Source of the DNA: Octopus sinensis | Taxonomy: Eukaryota | Direction: 5' to 3' | Length of the DNA stretch: 64,000 bases | Assembly (NCBI RefSeq): GCF_006345805.1 | Contig: NC_043006.1 | Span: forward strand, 67,642,001-67,706,000 | In this document: positions 1 through 12,973 of the stretch, one piece after another | How the letters are laid out: every line of letters starts with the position of its first letter | Position numbering within the stretch: position 1 is the stretch's first letter | Made by a program: the position numbers and the translations under genes | Notes under the pieces: model-generated | Databases searched by the model: none | What the model saw: the letters and a program-made list of their open reading frames with translations, nothing else | Told to the model about the DNA's origin: nothing

Positions 1-1020
1 GTTCTTATCGGCGCAACACTTACATATTAATCGAATGAATTGAAATTTTAAAAAAGTCAAACTGCGAACATAGCTGGCACAAGGCAAAAAAGTTTTCGGA
101 GATTTAAACCAGGAATTTTGTCAGACTCAATCGAATCAGTAATGATAATATTAAGTTCCAATAATGTCATACATTTTCGAGAAGAGCACAGTTGAATAAC
201 CGCCCCCCACCTCAGTACTTGACTGGTACTCTTTCTTTTATCGACCTTGATAGGATGAAAGGCAAAGTCAACCTCGGCGATTTGAACTCCGAACGTAAAA
301 GAAATTTTGTCTGGTAATTTATGATGTAAAATTTTCGAGGGGTTCTGAGACAACAATCGATTAAATCAAATCGATACAGTATTGGTATTATTTTTATCAT
401 AGAATTCGAAAATTTCTAGATATCAAAGGGAAGTAACTTAAATATCACGCTACAGCTGCTCTATCGATTCCGCCAAATCTACCCTCCATTGTCATTAGAT
501 TGCTGTGTAACGGACACAATATGAAATTGTGAGAAGAGAAAGGGACCAGTGGACGAAATCGAACCAAATACATGACGTCAGTATTTTTATCGATCTATCC
601 CTGGCGAAGAATGACAGTCGAAGTCATGGTCGTTGTTTAGCTGCAGGTCAGCTTTGATCAATCAGTTCTATGTTCGAAAGAGATTTTTCAGTCGCGACCA
701 GCGTGTCATTTAATCTGTTTTTGACATACATCATATCTATGATCACATTACGCAATATATCCTTTGTTTTATATTTTTAAAGAGACGTTAGTATGTTCTT
801 TCGGAAGAGATTCAGTTGATAATTTTAACAGGTCAAGCGATTACGTGGAGACTCTCTCGTTATCTCGTCAAAGACGTGGTAATAACTGTGTTGAATTTCA
901 GACAAAATGCCTTAGATATTTGGTTGTGTCCCTTTACGTTCCGAGTTCAAATCTCGTTGAGATCGACTTTTCTTTTCATGCTTCCGAAAAGAGCTTCTTC
1001 TTCAGAAGAAGAATAGAATA

Positions 1021-1350
1021 AAATAAAGTAACCAGTGCCAGCAAAACACGGGAGCAGAATAAATAAAATCGATAGTTTCCTTGGCTTCCGGATTGTAATT
1101 CCTCAAATGTTGAGGGAGAGATAATCGACTATTCCCCCACACCCCTACTTCGTCCCTGAAATATAAGGACTTGGTGCCAATCTAAGAGATCGATAATTAT
1201 GTTGCAGGCTAGAAGAAAGGAGGAAGTGGGGGAGAGAAGGCAAATGAAACTACAATAAATAAATAAAATCTCTGCTGACCTAAACAAGGGAGACAATTCC
1301 ATTGTTTGTCGTTTTTTTGGTTGTTTCCATGAGAGAAGAGTGAACAAGAT
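1021..1350 (+). promoter_or_regulatory. Possible promoter / start of a long 5' leader of the ANKRD gene
   Basis: Repeat-free, relatively CpG-containing segment with an ETS-type motif CTTCCGG at 1085-1091, followed by purine/A-rich leader-like sequence. Circumstantial only. Confidence 0.25.
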
Positions 1351-1840
1351 GGAGAAAGTATGAGGAGTGTTATCAGAATTTAAAAACGGGAAAGGCTGTC
1401 GCTTGTAATATCATAAAGAGGAAAACCAAGAACAAAAAGAGAAAAAAAAAAAAAAGGAGAGAAGAGACAAGCGACAGGGAAAGATAGATTTAAAAAAGAG
1501 AGACGTTAAAAGACAAAAGAAATAGCAGGAAAGGCACTAATTTTTTTTTATATATATTTTGTTGAAGAATTAATGTTGCAACAACGGATTGAAAATACAG
1601 AAAAAGGGAAAAAAAGCCTTGCTTCTCTCTGTCTCTCTGGCATATATGTGTATATTTATATTATATATTGTGTATTATGATCATTGACAAACTATAATGT
1701 CAAATTAACACCATATTTACGACGGAAGCCTTGCACACAACGCTGACATCTGTAAAGAATATATATATAATTTAAAAAACGTTTTGATCATCAACAATGG
1801 AAATTAGAAGACAACTATTATAAAGAAACAAGAAAAAGGA

Positions 1841-3284
1841 ATATATATATATATATATATATATTTTATATGTGTGTGTCTATATCTTCTACCGTCTTGA
1901 GTCAAGTATTTGCATTTCTAGTTATTTTACTTAGCTAGCAAGCTATATGTCTATGTAAGAACCCAGATATTATCTATCAGTGATATATTTATTTATTTAG
2001 AGAAACAGTTTGAAAGTATTTTCAAGAGTGTAAAACAAAAAGCCCCAAGAAAAACTAAAATTATTTCTAGTTGTGTGTGTATGTATATAATGTCCACCAC
2101 ATTGTGTAATATATGTGATACATTATAAAAGCCTATTATGTGTATATATATTTACGTATGTGTGCTTCTCTGATACGATCTTTCATGTTCTTTCCTATCT
2201 CTTAACCTTCGTTTTTTTTTTTTCTTTATTCCTTGTTAATTTTTAAAATTTTTGAGGAAGCATTTTCTACTAGTTACTCTTTCCCTTTCTTAAAGACACA
2301 CAAATTTATATATATATATATAATATATATATATATATTTTATATGTGTGTGTCTATATCTTCTACCGTCTTGAGTCAAGTATTTGCATTTCTAGTTATT
2401 TTACTTAGCTAGCAAGCTATATGTCTATGTAAGAACCCAGATATTATCTATCAGTGATATATTTATTTATTTATTTAGAGAAACAGTTTGAAAGTATTTT
2501 CAAGAGTGTAAAACAAAAAGCCCCAAGAAAAACTAAAATTATTTCTAGTTGTGTGTGTATGTATATAATGTCCACCACATTGTGTAATATATGTGATACA
2601 TTATAAAAGCCTATTATGTGTATATATATTTACGTATGTGTGCTTCTCTGATACGATCTTTCATGTTCTTTCCTATCTCTTAACCTTCGTTTTTTTTTTT
2701 TCTTTATTCCTTGTTAATTTTTAAAATTTTTGAGGAAGCATTTTCTACTAGTTACTCTTTCCCTTTCTTAAAGACACACAAATTTATATATATATATATA
2801 ATATATATATATATATTTTATATGTGTGTGTCTATATCTTCTACCGTCTTGAGTCAAGTATTTGCATTTCTAGTTATTTTACTTAGCTAGCAAGCTATAT
2901 GTCTATGTAAGAACCCAGATATTATCTATCAGTGATATATTTATTTATTTATTTAGAGAAACAGTTTGAAAGTATTTTCAAGAGTGTAAAACAAAAAGCC
3001 CCAAGAAAAACTAAAATTATTTCTAGTTGTGTGTGTATGTATATAATGTCCACCACATTGTGTAATATATGTGATACATTATAAAAGCCTATTATGTGTA
3101 TATATATTTACGTATGTGTGCTTCTCTGATACGATCTTTCATGTTCTTTCCTATCTCTTAACCTTCGTTTTTTTTTTCTTTATTCCTTGTTACTTTTTAA
3201 AATTTTTGAGGAAGCATTTTCTACTAGTTACTCTTTCCCTTTCTTAAAGACACACAAATTTATATATATATATATATATATATA
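1841..3284. repeat. Three near-identical tandem copies of a 474-478 bp unit joined by (TA)n
   Basis: The anchor ACCGTCTTGAG recurs at 1891, 2365 and 2843. Units differ mainly in homopolymer and microsatellite lengths. Confidence 0.97.
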
Positions 3285-4318
3285 GTATTCCTTCTTTACG
3301 AACTACTACAACCACCCTACTCAATTAACTTAAACTCTATCTTGATGCGGACGTCTGCCTACAAAAGCCCGGCTTGGCCGAATAGGACGGCAGCTTTCTT
3401 GTCGCTCTGTTCTTACACTGGATTAACCTGACATCTCTTGGCTTTTCTTAAAGAAAAGGTGGCGGAGGAGGAAGAAGATAGATAGAACGACCACCGCTGC
3501 ACTACATTCACATCGTAACACCATATATACATACATTACACCACACACATTTACCTAACCAGCTGTAGTCTATCAAATATTATTAGCACACTGTATGTAG
3601 AAACGTACCATAGATTTAGGGAAAGTAAAACGCAAACATATAATTTTAGCTTAATATAGATTGCAAAACATATTTAAACAGTATTATAAGGTATATATAT
3701 GCATATCTATTTTCCGCAGCTCAGCTTACATGTATGAATGCAATTTACAGACATCTATAACGTGTATAGAGATATATGAAGTTCTAGCAGTAAAAACAGT
3801 TACATCAATGAACGATCTCTGCATATCGAATTTAGATTAAATATATAAGGTTCATACATAACACGCATCTGTGTTTATATTTATATACTGTCATATAGAT
3901 ATATGGTATACAAGTATACATAGCCGTAATAATATTTAAATACATAGCATATACTCATAGAAATATAAACACACGCTTGTGTGTGTGTATATATATATAT
4001 ACATACATATAGTCTTGTTTCTGTCTATATATGTGTCTGTGTGGAGAAACTACCAACTATAGACTATACAAGAAGAAGAAGAAAAAATCGAGAACACAAT
4101 TCGGGATGTCAAGTGAAACGGTTTAATTAAATTAGACCCTCAAAGTCGGACCGCTATCTGTAAGGTTTCAAAGTTAGTGAGAAACCGAAACTGAGTATAT
4201 ATATATTGAAGGGGTGCGAGAGACAGACAGACAGATAGACACCCGGAATAGATTAGGAAGAGTGAAAGATTATCAGTCACCACTACAACATACAGATTAG
4301 TCGGTGAAACTTGTGATC

Positions 4319-4345
4319 ATGATTCTACAACAGTTATCTGATGAG
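4319..4345 (+). CDS. ANKRD28/44/52: Coding exon 1 (MILQQLSDE) of PP6 regulatory ankyrin repeat subunit
   Basis: ATG at 4319, 9 codons, then a perfect donor GAG|GTAAGT at 4346. It splices in phase 0 to PPLVQ of exon 2. Length and pattern match the 9-residue N-terminus of vertebrate family members (MAVLKLTDQ|PPLVQ, MGILSITDQ|PPLVQ, recalled). The long-range join is inferred. Confidence 0.8.
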
Positions 4346-6923
4346 GTAAGTCTGATTTTTTTCTCCCACCCCCGCTTTTTCACATGTGCACATGTGTGTG
4401 TGTGTGTATATATATATTTTTCATCCCTATATCTATATGTTTTTTATACGTGTGTATATTTATATATATACACGCATGGTTATTTGTGTGTGTGTGCAAA
4501 TACAGACTTTGATTAAAGCATCTATGAAGTAAGAGGTTACAATGGGTAATGGATAAGCACCACGCCCTCACATAGTGGCATTGTTTTTTAGATTGTCTAA
4601 AACAAATTTCTATTATACTGTTTTTTAAGTGCGACCGTTACAGAATTGGTGGTGCTTTGGACAATCATTCGGCAATTAGTTACGTCCCTTGACACCCAGG
4701 GTTCAAATCTTGGCGGGGTGTCTGGTTATATTTTTATCCCCCGTCACCATTTATTTCTCGTGTGTAATCGATAGAAATTGTTTTACTGCCTGATCAAAGT
4801 TATTTCTCTCAAGAGACACATGAATGTCACACAATCCTTCACAAGTTACCCACTACTATTGCTATCATTCCTAAGTGCTTGACCCGGTTTCGAATTTCCG
4901 TGTTTGTAGCCACTTCATTTCACATAGATTATTTTTTGTTTAACCCCAGGTCAGCCCAAATCCAAGCATTCCACCTGTGATCATTGCCTAATTCTAGGTA
5001 GTAGCTGATTTGAGGCAGTTTTAGCTACTATTTCTGTACCAGTTGATCGACTCCGCATAGGCTCCACCTTTGTTGGTTGCGTTCCTAATGGCATATCATG
5101 CATGAACGCCGCACAATCTCATTATCTCCTCTCATTGAATACATATGAAATATTTAGGAGTGGTGTACAGTATAGATACTTACTGTTCAAGAGCTGACTC
5201 AGCTCCTATGTACCATATGCAAATATTTTGTTTCTTATAAACGTTATTTTTCAACCTGGAAAACCTTTACCCACCCAAAGCCCTAAACACGAACAACTTT
5301 TTATGTTCTAAACTGGGAACCTTAAATCATAAGCCCCAAGCCGTATAAGCCACAATCCCTTCGTTTTAAACCCATAGTTATGTCATAGGGCCTTAGTCAT
5401 AAAATCTATGCTTAAAACTAGTCATAAAAACTAAGGCGTAGGCCCGCAGTCATGAGCCCTAATCTGTAAGCTCTAAGCCGTGCGTCTTAAAGCCATAAAC
5501 CCTTCGTATTTAACAAAAATTAAGGCTCACTATCCACGGCTGCTGTGGAACTCGGCATACCTGTTTCAATTTTCGGCTATAGCTACTTAAACCTTTGATA
5601 AGTGCCAAGGCACGAAGCTCTCGGCCCTTGAGTCACTCTGTATATTTTGCCGATTATTAATGAAATATATATGTACTCATGTTTTCAGTTCTATTTTCCT
5701 GTTTGCATCACCAAACCTACTTGAACTTTTCAACATCTCACACATCCCCATACTTCTGTAAACCTTTAAGCCTCAACGCCAGGGTCTTATATGTGTTTGC
5801 TCGACCTGCTAGAAATAGCTGTTGAGTCTCTGAAAAACGCTCATTGAACGATGTGGTCCCTAATATACAAACAGACGGGATGATCATGTCCGGAATGCTT
5901 GTTATATATAATATTCAAATGTATTCATGCAGGGCTGACCTGGGATTGAACAACAATCGGAGATAATCTGTCATTTGTTTCGTTGCGCCTTTTTCTTTTT
6001 TTTTTCTCTCTAAGTTTAGCCCTCAAATCTATTTGAGAAAACATGACCACCACACATTCCCTTTCTTTTTTTTCTTTCATTTTATATAATTATGAACTTT
6101 GTACGCGACATACAAATTGTCATCATTAACTGTCACCATTATCACCCATGTCCTACTTTCGTTTTCGAAGCAGCATCCCTGTTTGTGCGATGTTATGACG
6201 TCTTCGCATCGTTGTGTGTGTGTGTGTTTACGGGTACTAGAGTACGTGCGCGTATATATGTATGTACGTATGTATGTATACACACACGTTTGTGTGTGTG
6301 TATAAGGAAGGGGAATATAGAAAGCTAAATCATCTTGTCCCTCTACTTTGTCACACTGCTCTCTCTGTCCACCATTCTGAAGCAATCGACATCTCAGCGC
6401 ACTTTTCTCCTACTATATATCGGAGATGGCACTAACGAGGAGCATCCTCTGTGTGCTTTCGCCCAGTCTGCTAGAAATAGCTGACAAATCTACCTCCGAA
6501 CTTCACACATTCGTCTGCCTTTTTCCCATTTTTTTTTGTAAATGAAAACGAATACCCATTAGGGAATGCAAATCATCTACATATCCATAAAGAGACGGGA
6601 TGGTCACAGCTAGAATGCTTGTTATCATAGGCCTACTCTGATATGATTTGGAGATAAACAACACTAATGTAGGATGATGCTGCTGTTGTAATTGACGCTG
6701 TTCCCTAAATTATTGTTTACTGGAGGTTCGATGTTACCGACTAAATCACTGCCCCTCAGAATTGCTGTGCCTGTGCTCAAATCGGAAACGATTTCTGTTA
6801 GTATTTTTATCCTCCATGTTCCTCCTCCTCCTCTTCTCCTATGTAAATTAGTTGAAGCCAACTGTTTCTGTTTTTGTTCCGTCAGTTTGTGTGATGTTAA
6901 CATACCGCATGCGTGCGTGCTTA

Positions 6924-6965
<42 letters not shown>

Positions 6966-7118
6966 ATATATATACATACATACACACATATAGACATACG
7001 CGCCTACATATACATGCATATGTACACGCGTATATGCAAGTAGATATGCTCATATGCACACACACACACGCACACATATACTGACAAATATACGCATATA
7101 TATATATATATATATATA

Positions 7119-7153
<35 letters not shown>

Positions 7154-9035
7154 TGCGCGCGCACAAGCTCACATTTGTTAAAGGTGTGTCTGTTTCAGGA
7201 AGTTATGTTAGTGTGTGTTTTTGTAAGTACAAGATGTACATATGTTTGTGTAATATAAGAGTAGAATTGTAACGCTTCTGTAGTGTGTGTCTGTCTGTAT
7301 GTGTGTGTGTGTGTGTGTGTGTGTACTGAGTATGTTAGTGAAATGTGTGTATGTATGTGTATAATTATGTAGAGAAATATTTGTATAAACTAGTATCTAT
7401 TGTGTGTGTGTGTGTGTGTGTGTGTCTCTTTTTCACCGTCCTGATTCACACACCTTTGCCGCTTGTAATTCTCTCCATCCTCTCAGATCTCCATTTCATC
7501 ATTTTTTTTTTTACTCTCTCTCTCTCTCTCGTTTCTCATAATTACATTCTTTCTTTCCTTCTTCTTCACCTCCGCCTACATTCTCCTTCTGCTTCTTCTA
7601 TTTCTTACTTTCTTCATCTTCTCCTGTCAGTGCTACCAATTGCCGCCGCCGCCAACACCACCACCACCTTCCCCCCGCCTTTCTCAATTATTGTGCATTA
7701 CGTTGCCACAAACTCAGGGATCATTTTAAGGCAGTTAACATTTGTGGAACTGCTCCCCGATTATGTGGCCGCCTGACGACTAGTTTCTTTTCGAATTTAA
7801 ATACTGTTCTGGCGATGATGATCATGATGATGATGATGTTGGGATAGATATATAGATAAAATGCTGCCCCACCCCTTATCTCTATACACTCACACACTTC
7901 CTTATCCGTTTGGTTGATCTGTGATTCCATCTGCCTTGGTTGGTACTTTTATTTAAGCAAGTCATCTATGTAACTGATGAAATAGCTGATACCATTGTGT
8001 ATATATAAATACGTGTCTCGTTGTGTGTATGTGTGTACGTGTCTCATTGTGTGTATATGTATGGTTCATTGTTTCTATACGTGTCAAGCACACTTTGTTG
8101 ATTGATTGCTGTGTAAAATGCCTTATGCCGAGTTTACTTGTCGTTTCTATCTTACTCCCGGCTTCCATTATTTGGTTGCAGTGTGCTTGTGCATGCATGC
8201 ATGCATGTGTGTGTGTGTGTGTGCCCGCACATACATGCACGCATACGCACATAGGCACAGATACATACATAATACACACCTTGTGTGTGTGAGTACTGTG
8301 TGTACGACGTACTTTCTACCATCCTTTTTAATCAATCTATTGCATGTTATCTCCATCTATTCATCTATTTGGTATTTACACATGAAATACTACACATAGA
8401 CAAAAGATGAATAGCAACAGCGACGTGTGAATGTAAGTACGTGTGTGTGTGTGAATCTGTGTATGCATGAATGACTGTATATTTGTGTACCAAAGATTGA
8501 TAAACAGATAGAATATAAAGATAAAACTTTATTGATATTTAGACTGCCAGGGATAAACGTAAATTCCATACACACCTTGTTCACACCACCTCTAACCCTG
8601 AAGTTATCACCGGTAATATCATTAACACACATACAGTCTATTTTGATTTCTTTCATCACCAACATCATTATAGCACTGCCTTCTTTTTTTATCCTTCACA
8701 TCTTATACAGTGTGTGTGTCGTTAATAAATCATGAATCCGAAAAAGAAGCAGACTTTAATAAATTCTAGAGGAGTAGAGTATATAGATAAACCTTCTGTT
8801 CGTCTTCTACCTGGCCGGCTCCCGTCAACCGTCCTACCCATGTATGCATGGAAGACGGACGTTAAACGATGATGATGATGACCGGTCTAACCTCATAGAC
8901 CGGTCGTATCTATCTATCTATAAATCTATCTATCTGTCTGTCATTAAGGGTGGCGCCAGGACACTGAAATAGCAGCCAGAAGACTACTACGACCCATAAA
9001 TGTTTCACTTATTTACACATGCTCAAAACCAAGGC

Positions 9036-9288
9036 AGAACGAGATCTCAAGTGTCATTTAGAATAATTTAATTAGGATAAGGTGAATTTGAAGTCTTACA
9101 GCTGTTTGTGGGATAACCCAAATGGTTGGTTAGCATATCCATACACTTTCATACCTTGTCTCTGATGACGGAATAACCAGTGCACAGATACGCTAATTAA
9201 CCACTTGGGTTACCCCAGAAACAGCTGTAAGACTTCAAATTCACCTTACCTAATTAGATTATTCTAAATGCTTTGAGATACTCATTCT
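9036..9288 (+). mobile_element. Fold-back element (~85-bp inverted arms), probable Penelope-like element terminus
   Basis: Left arm ...ATTTAGAATAATTTAATTAGGATAAGGTGAATTTGAAGTCTTACAGCTGTTT.. is the reverse complement of right arm ..AAACAGCTGTAAGACTTCAAATTCACCTTACCTAATTAGATTATTCTAAATG. It contains a hammerhead motif. The Penelope assignment is inference. Confidence 0.7.
9158..9233 (+). ncRNA. Candidate type-I hammerhead ribozyme (palindromic stem III)
   Basis: P1 GTCT(9158-61)/AGAC(9230-33), core CTGATGA 9162-68, P2 GG..TAACC/GGTTA..CC, GAAA 9218-21, palindrome ACAGCTGT 9221-28, cleavage triplet GUA ending 9229. Confidence 0.6.
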
Positions 9289-9532
9289 AACTTAACACAT
9301 CCTTAACTCATTTCTTTCCAGACTTAGCACATCTGCATTCAGTGCCCATATTTTGCTACCATGCAGTATTACACTTCATGCACAAGCATCATACGTTCTG
9401 CCCTTTCCTAAGTGAGAATATCAATTTGTTGCTAGCTGATGTAAAAGCACCCTAAACTTTTCCCACCTTGTTCTTACTCTAGTTACTATGCTTTTGAAAT
9501 CTTCATTGTTGATTTGTTTACCTTGGTGACAT

Positions 9533-9895
9533 GGAGGCACAATGGCCTAGTGGTTAGGGCAGCAGACTCGCGGTCATAGGATCACGGTTTCAATTCCAAG
9601 ACTGGGTGTTGTGAGTGTTTATTGAGCGAAAACACCTAAAGTTCCACGAGGTTTCGGCAGGGAGTAGTGGCGAACCCTGCTATACTCTTTCACCACAATT
9701 TTCTTTCACTCTTTCTTCCTCTTTCTGTTGTACCTGTATCTCAAAGGGCCAGCCTTGCCACACTCTGTGTCATGCTGAATCTCCCTGAGAACTACATTAA
9801 GGTGCTCAGCCATTTGCACATTAATTTCAGGAGCAGGCTGTTCCATTGATCGGATCAACTAGAACCCTTGTCGTTGTAACCAACGGAATGCCATA
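9533..9895 (+). mobile_element. tRNA-headed SINE
   Basis: A-box-like TGGCCTAGTGG and B-box-like GGTTTCAATTCC. The 3' part is shared with 40890-41000 and, inverted, with 53262-53570. Confidence 0.8.
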
Positions 9896-10414
9896 ACGAC
9901 CTAGGTGACAGAAGCTACTAACTTCTTTGGAGTCTTCCAAATATATGAAAGAATGTTTTACGCATCTCCTACGCATCTACAAAATATGTCTTCTTTACTA
10001 ATCTCTACTAATCTCTCTACATCTCTTACATATCCATAGTTACATTCCCATCTACTCCTATTCTACATATCATAGGTAGGTGGGGCTCCAAAAGGGGTCT
10101 CAAGGAGTAGTGTCCCTGCCTTCCTGAGTTAGTTTTCCACCACATTTCTTAAAAATCATAGTAGAGGCCTTGGTCTCGGGACCACTCATGTCTAGAAACT
10201 GAGATTGGGGGTTAAGCAAGAGCATGCTCCCTGTAGAAAATCCAGCTCCAAAAAAGCCTCATGATAGCAAAGGAGAATGGGCACCAGCCAGCTCAAAGGT
10301 TGAGGTGGGCTGCACCTGCCTACCTCGGTTGCTATGGCATTGAAGTAAATCCGGCCACCCCCATTAACAGGGACAAAACCTAGATTTAAAACACTGGATG
10401 ATGATATATGCCCA

Positions 10415-11330
10415 CTTTGTAGATGGCAACTGTGTTATGTCCGCTTTCCTGCTTGTTGAACCTTGACTTTGCTAAGTTTAAGGTTGCCTTGATTTTGGGT
10501 TTTCCCTTCCACATTTGGAATTTGTTTTTTATTCAGATACGAGAACTAGGTCATTGGCATACAGAAGTTCTCATGGATAGCCAATATTAAACTCCTCTAC
10601 TATGTTAACAGGAAGGTATTGAAAGCCAATCCTTGATGGGCACCTATCTACATGCTAAATCTTGCTTCATTCCTTACCAGCTCTCACTTAACTGCCAGCA
10701 TCATTGAACATGGTTTGTACTGCCATTCATGTGCCATTCATCTCCGCTTAGTTTTATTAGTCAGCACCAGATTACAGCACATAGTATTCAATTAAAGGAC
10801 CTTCCCAAGTATATGAATACTAAGTATAATGGCTTACTCCTTTCTGAGAATCTGTTTTTGTAGTTTCTCAGAAAGAATACAATAGTGCTACCCCACCCTG
10901 GTACAAACATTATCATCATCAAACCTAAACTATATTTCATTTAAACTGTTTTCCTAATTAGTTGTGCTATAACTGTTTCTGCTGATTTTATTAACTGGTC
11001 CCTCATTTTGGTGCCTCTGTAGTTGCTTCTTCTCAGAACATTTTCTTTGCCTTTGTAGCAATTAATAAACACAATGTCAGTTGTTGGGAGTGATCCTCTT
11101 TTGTACTACATGACTGACCAACATATGTTCTAGTTTACCCAGTATATTATTCATTTCAGAGAACATCTTTGCATCAATATTCTTATTGTCCCTCCTTTTA
11201 CAATCACATCATGGACTGCTACCAATGTTCTTCAAGATATCAGCAATGCCAGAGAATTTGTCCCAAGTGAAGAGAGGGTAGCAAAGAACAACCTGCATCC
11301 TTCATATCGGTTTTTATTTGGAAGGCTTTA
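10415..11330 (-). pseudogene. Decayed RTE LINE reverse transcriptase relic
   Basis: The minus strand gives disrupted matches to the intact RT at 37061 (NCYKGKENVLRRSNYRGTK; SKPLYLVFIYLGRSF; ELLYANDLVLVSE), with many stops and frameshifts. Confidence 0.85.
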
Positions 11331-11720
11331 CACTATACAGCTTGTGATGTCCACGTCATACATTCTAATATGATATGTTTTCTGTGATGGATGAGGATTT
11401 AGCTATGACAAGGTTCAAAGTAACAGTGTGAAGTGTTGCCTCTGTTCTGTAAGTAAACGAGGGTAGGGAGTTTTTTAAAGTGAAGTCTTGAAGGTGATGA
11501 TGTCTCCATGACAATACGTAAACAATGAGGGCAGTGAAACTTGGTTTCTAAGGGGTTTAACCAGATTTAAACCAGGCATGGACAACTCTTTCAAGAAGTG
11601 GGCTGCATGTGATGTGGATCATCATCAGGTGAGCTACATTACTAAAAAAATTTCAAGGTAATTTTTTGTTAAGCATGTCCTTTAGATAATCCTGCAGGCT
11701 TTAGGTTGTCCATGTGGGGA

Positions 11721-12162
11721 TTAACTTTTTAGCATTTAAATCAGCTATATCCAGCTGAAATGTTTTTGTTCAAAATGGTTAGATCTGACCTCTCTCACCA
11801 GCCCTACATTGTCATTCTAGAAATAAATTATCAAATCATCAAAATTTCAAAGCTATGAGATAATGTATAATATAATTAACCCTTTAGCATTTAAACTGGC
11901 CATATCTGGCTCAAATATTTACCTGTTGTATTGTCAAAGTGGACAGATCCAGCCTCTCACACTTACCTTACAATGTCATTTTAAAAATAAACAATCACAT
12001 CATTGAAATTTCAAAACTGAGATAATACATGATTAATCCAAAGCAGTGGGAATCGATAAGCATATTTGATTTAATTAATCTGAATGCTAAAGGATTAATT
12101 CAAAACAATGGGAATAAATAAGCATTATGTTTGACAGGATAATCTGAATGTTTAAGGGTTAA
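11721..12162 (+). mobile_element. piggyBac-type (TTAA) MITE with a second copy of itself nested at 11880-12094
   Basis: Outer ends TTAActttttagcattt / aatgtttaagggTTAA. Inner ends TTAAccctttagcattt / aatgctaaaggaTTAA. The same family is unnested at 49591-49817. Confidence 0.85.
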
Positions 12163-12973
12163 ACATTTGGGGTTTTGGTGGCAGGGATGAGCAGGTGAGT
12201 ACCCCACCCTCATCCAATATAAATCACTTTTGTTGCTAGACAGACTGAAAGTTTTGGATTGTTTTCACTCAATGAACGTTGGAAAACCTAAAAATTTACA
12301 TATATTCTAATTAATTAGTAATAATTATTTCAAGTTTTTCCACAAGGGCAGCTTGGGGGAGGTGGGGATGAGTTGATTACATCAACCCCAGTGTCCCACT
12401 GGTACTTATTTTATTGACCCCGAAAGGATGAAAGGCAAAGTCGACCTCAGTGGAATTTGAACTCAGAACGACAGGCAAAATACTGCTAAGCATTTCATCC
12501 AGGGTGCTAACAATTCTACCAGCTTGCCACCTTTGATTAATTAGTAATAATAATTAGTTAGGTACGAATATGAATGTGATTAAGAAGTATCCTCAATGCG
12601 TAGCTTCTTAAGCAAGTGTTTCTACTATAGTTCCAGGCCAAACAAATCCTCATGAGTGGATTTGATAAAAAGAAACTGAAAGAAGCCTGTTTTATATCAT
12701 CATCATTTTAATGTCCAATTTTCCATGCTTGCAATAGGGCAGACAGAATTTTTTGAAGTAGATTTTTCTACACCTGGATGCCCTTCCTGCTGCCAACCTT
12801 CACTGGTTTCTAAGCAAGGTAATATTTCCTCATGATTAGATATGTCTCTCACAGAAGACTGGAAACCAACAAATTCACTTGTACAATAGTCAAACTCATT
12901 TACAATCATCACATGATGTCAAGACAAGGCTACACACACGTGTGTGTATGTATGTGTGTGTGTATATATATAC

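Noticed and set aside
7973-7990. Other CTGATGA heptamers (about 4338, 7974, 16154, 18329, 54182, 57223)
   Set aside because: No downstream GAAA with P2/P3/P1 pairing, so not hammerheads.
6664-8399. Many 60-166-aa ORFs rich in Y/I/C/V/H/T
   Set aside because: Translations of TA/TG/CA microsatellites.
9533-9610. tRNA-like sequences at SINE heads
   Set aside because: They have A/B boxes but no complete cloverleaf, and they continue into SINE bodies.
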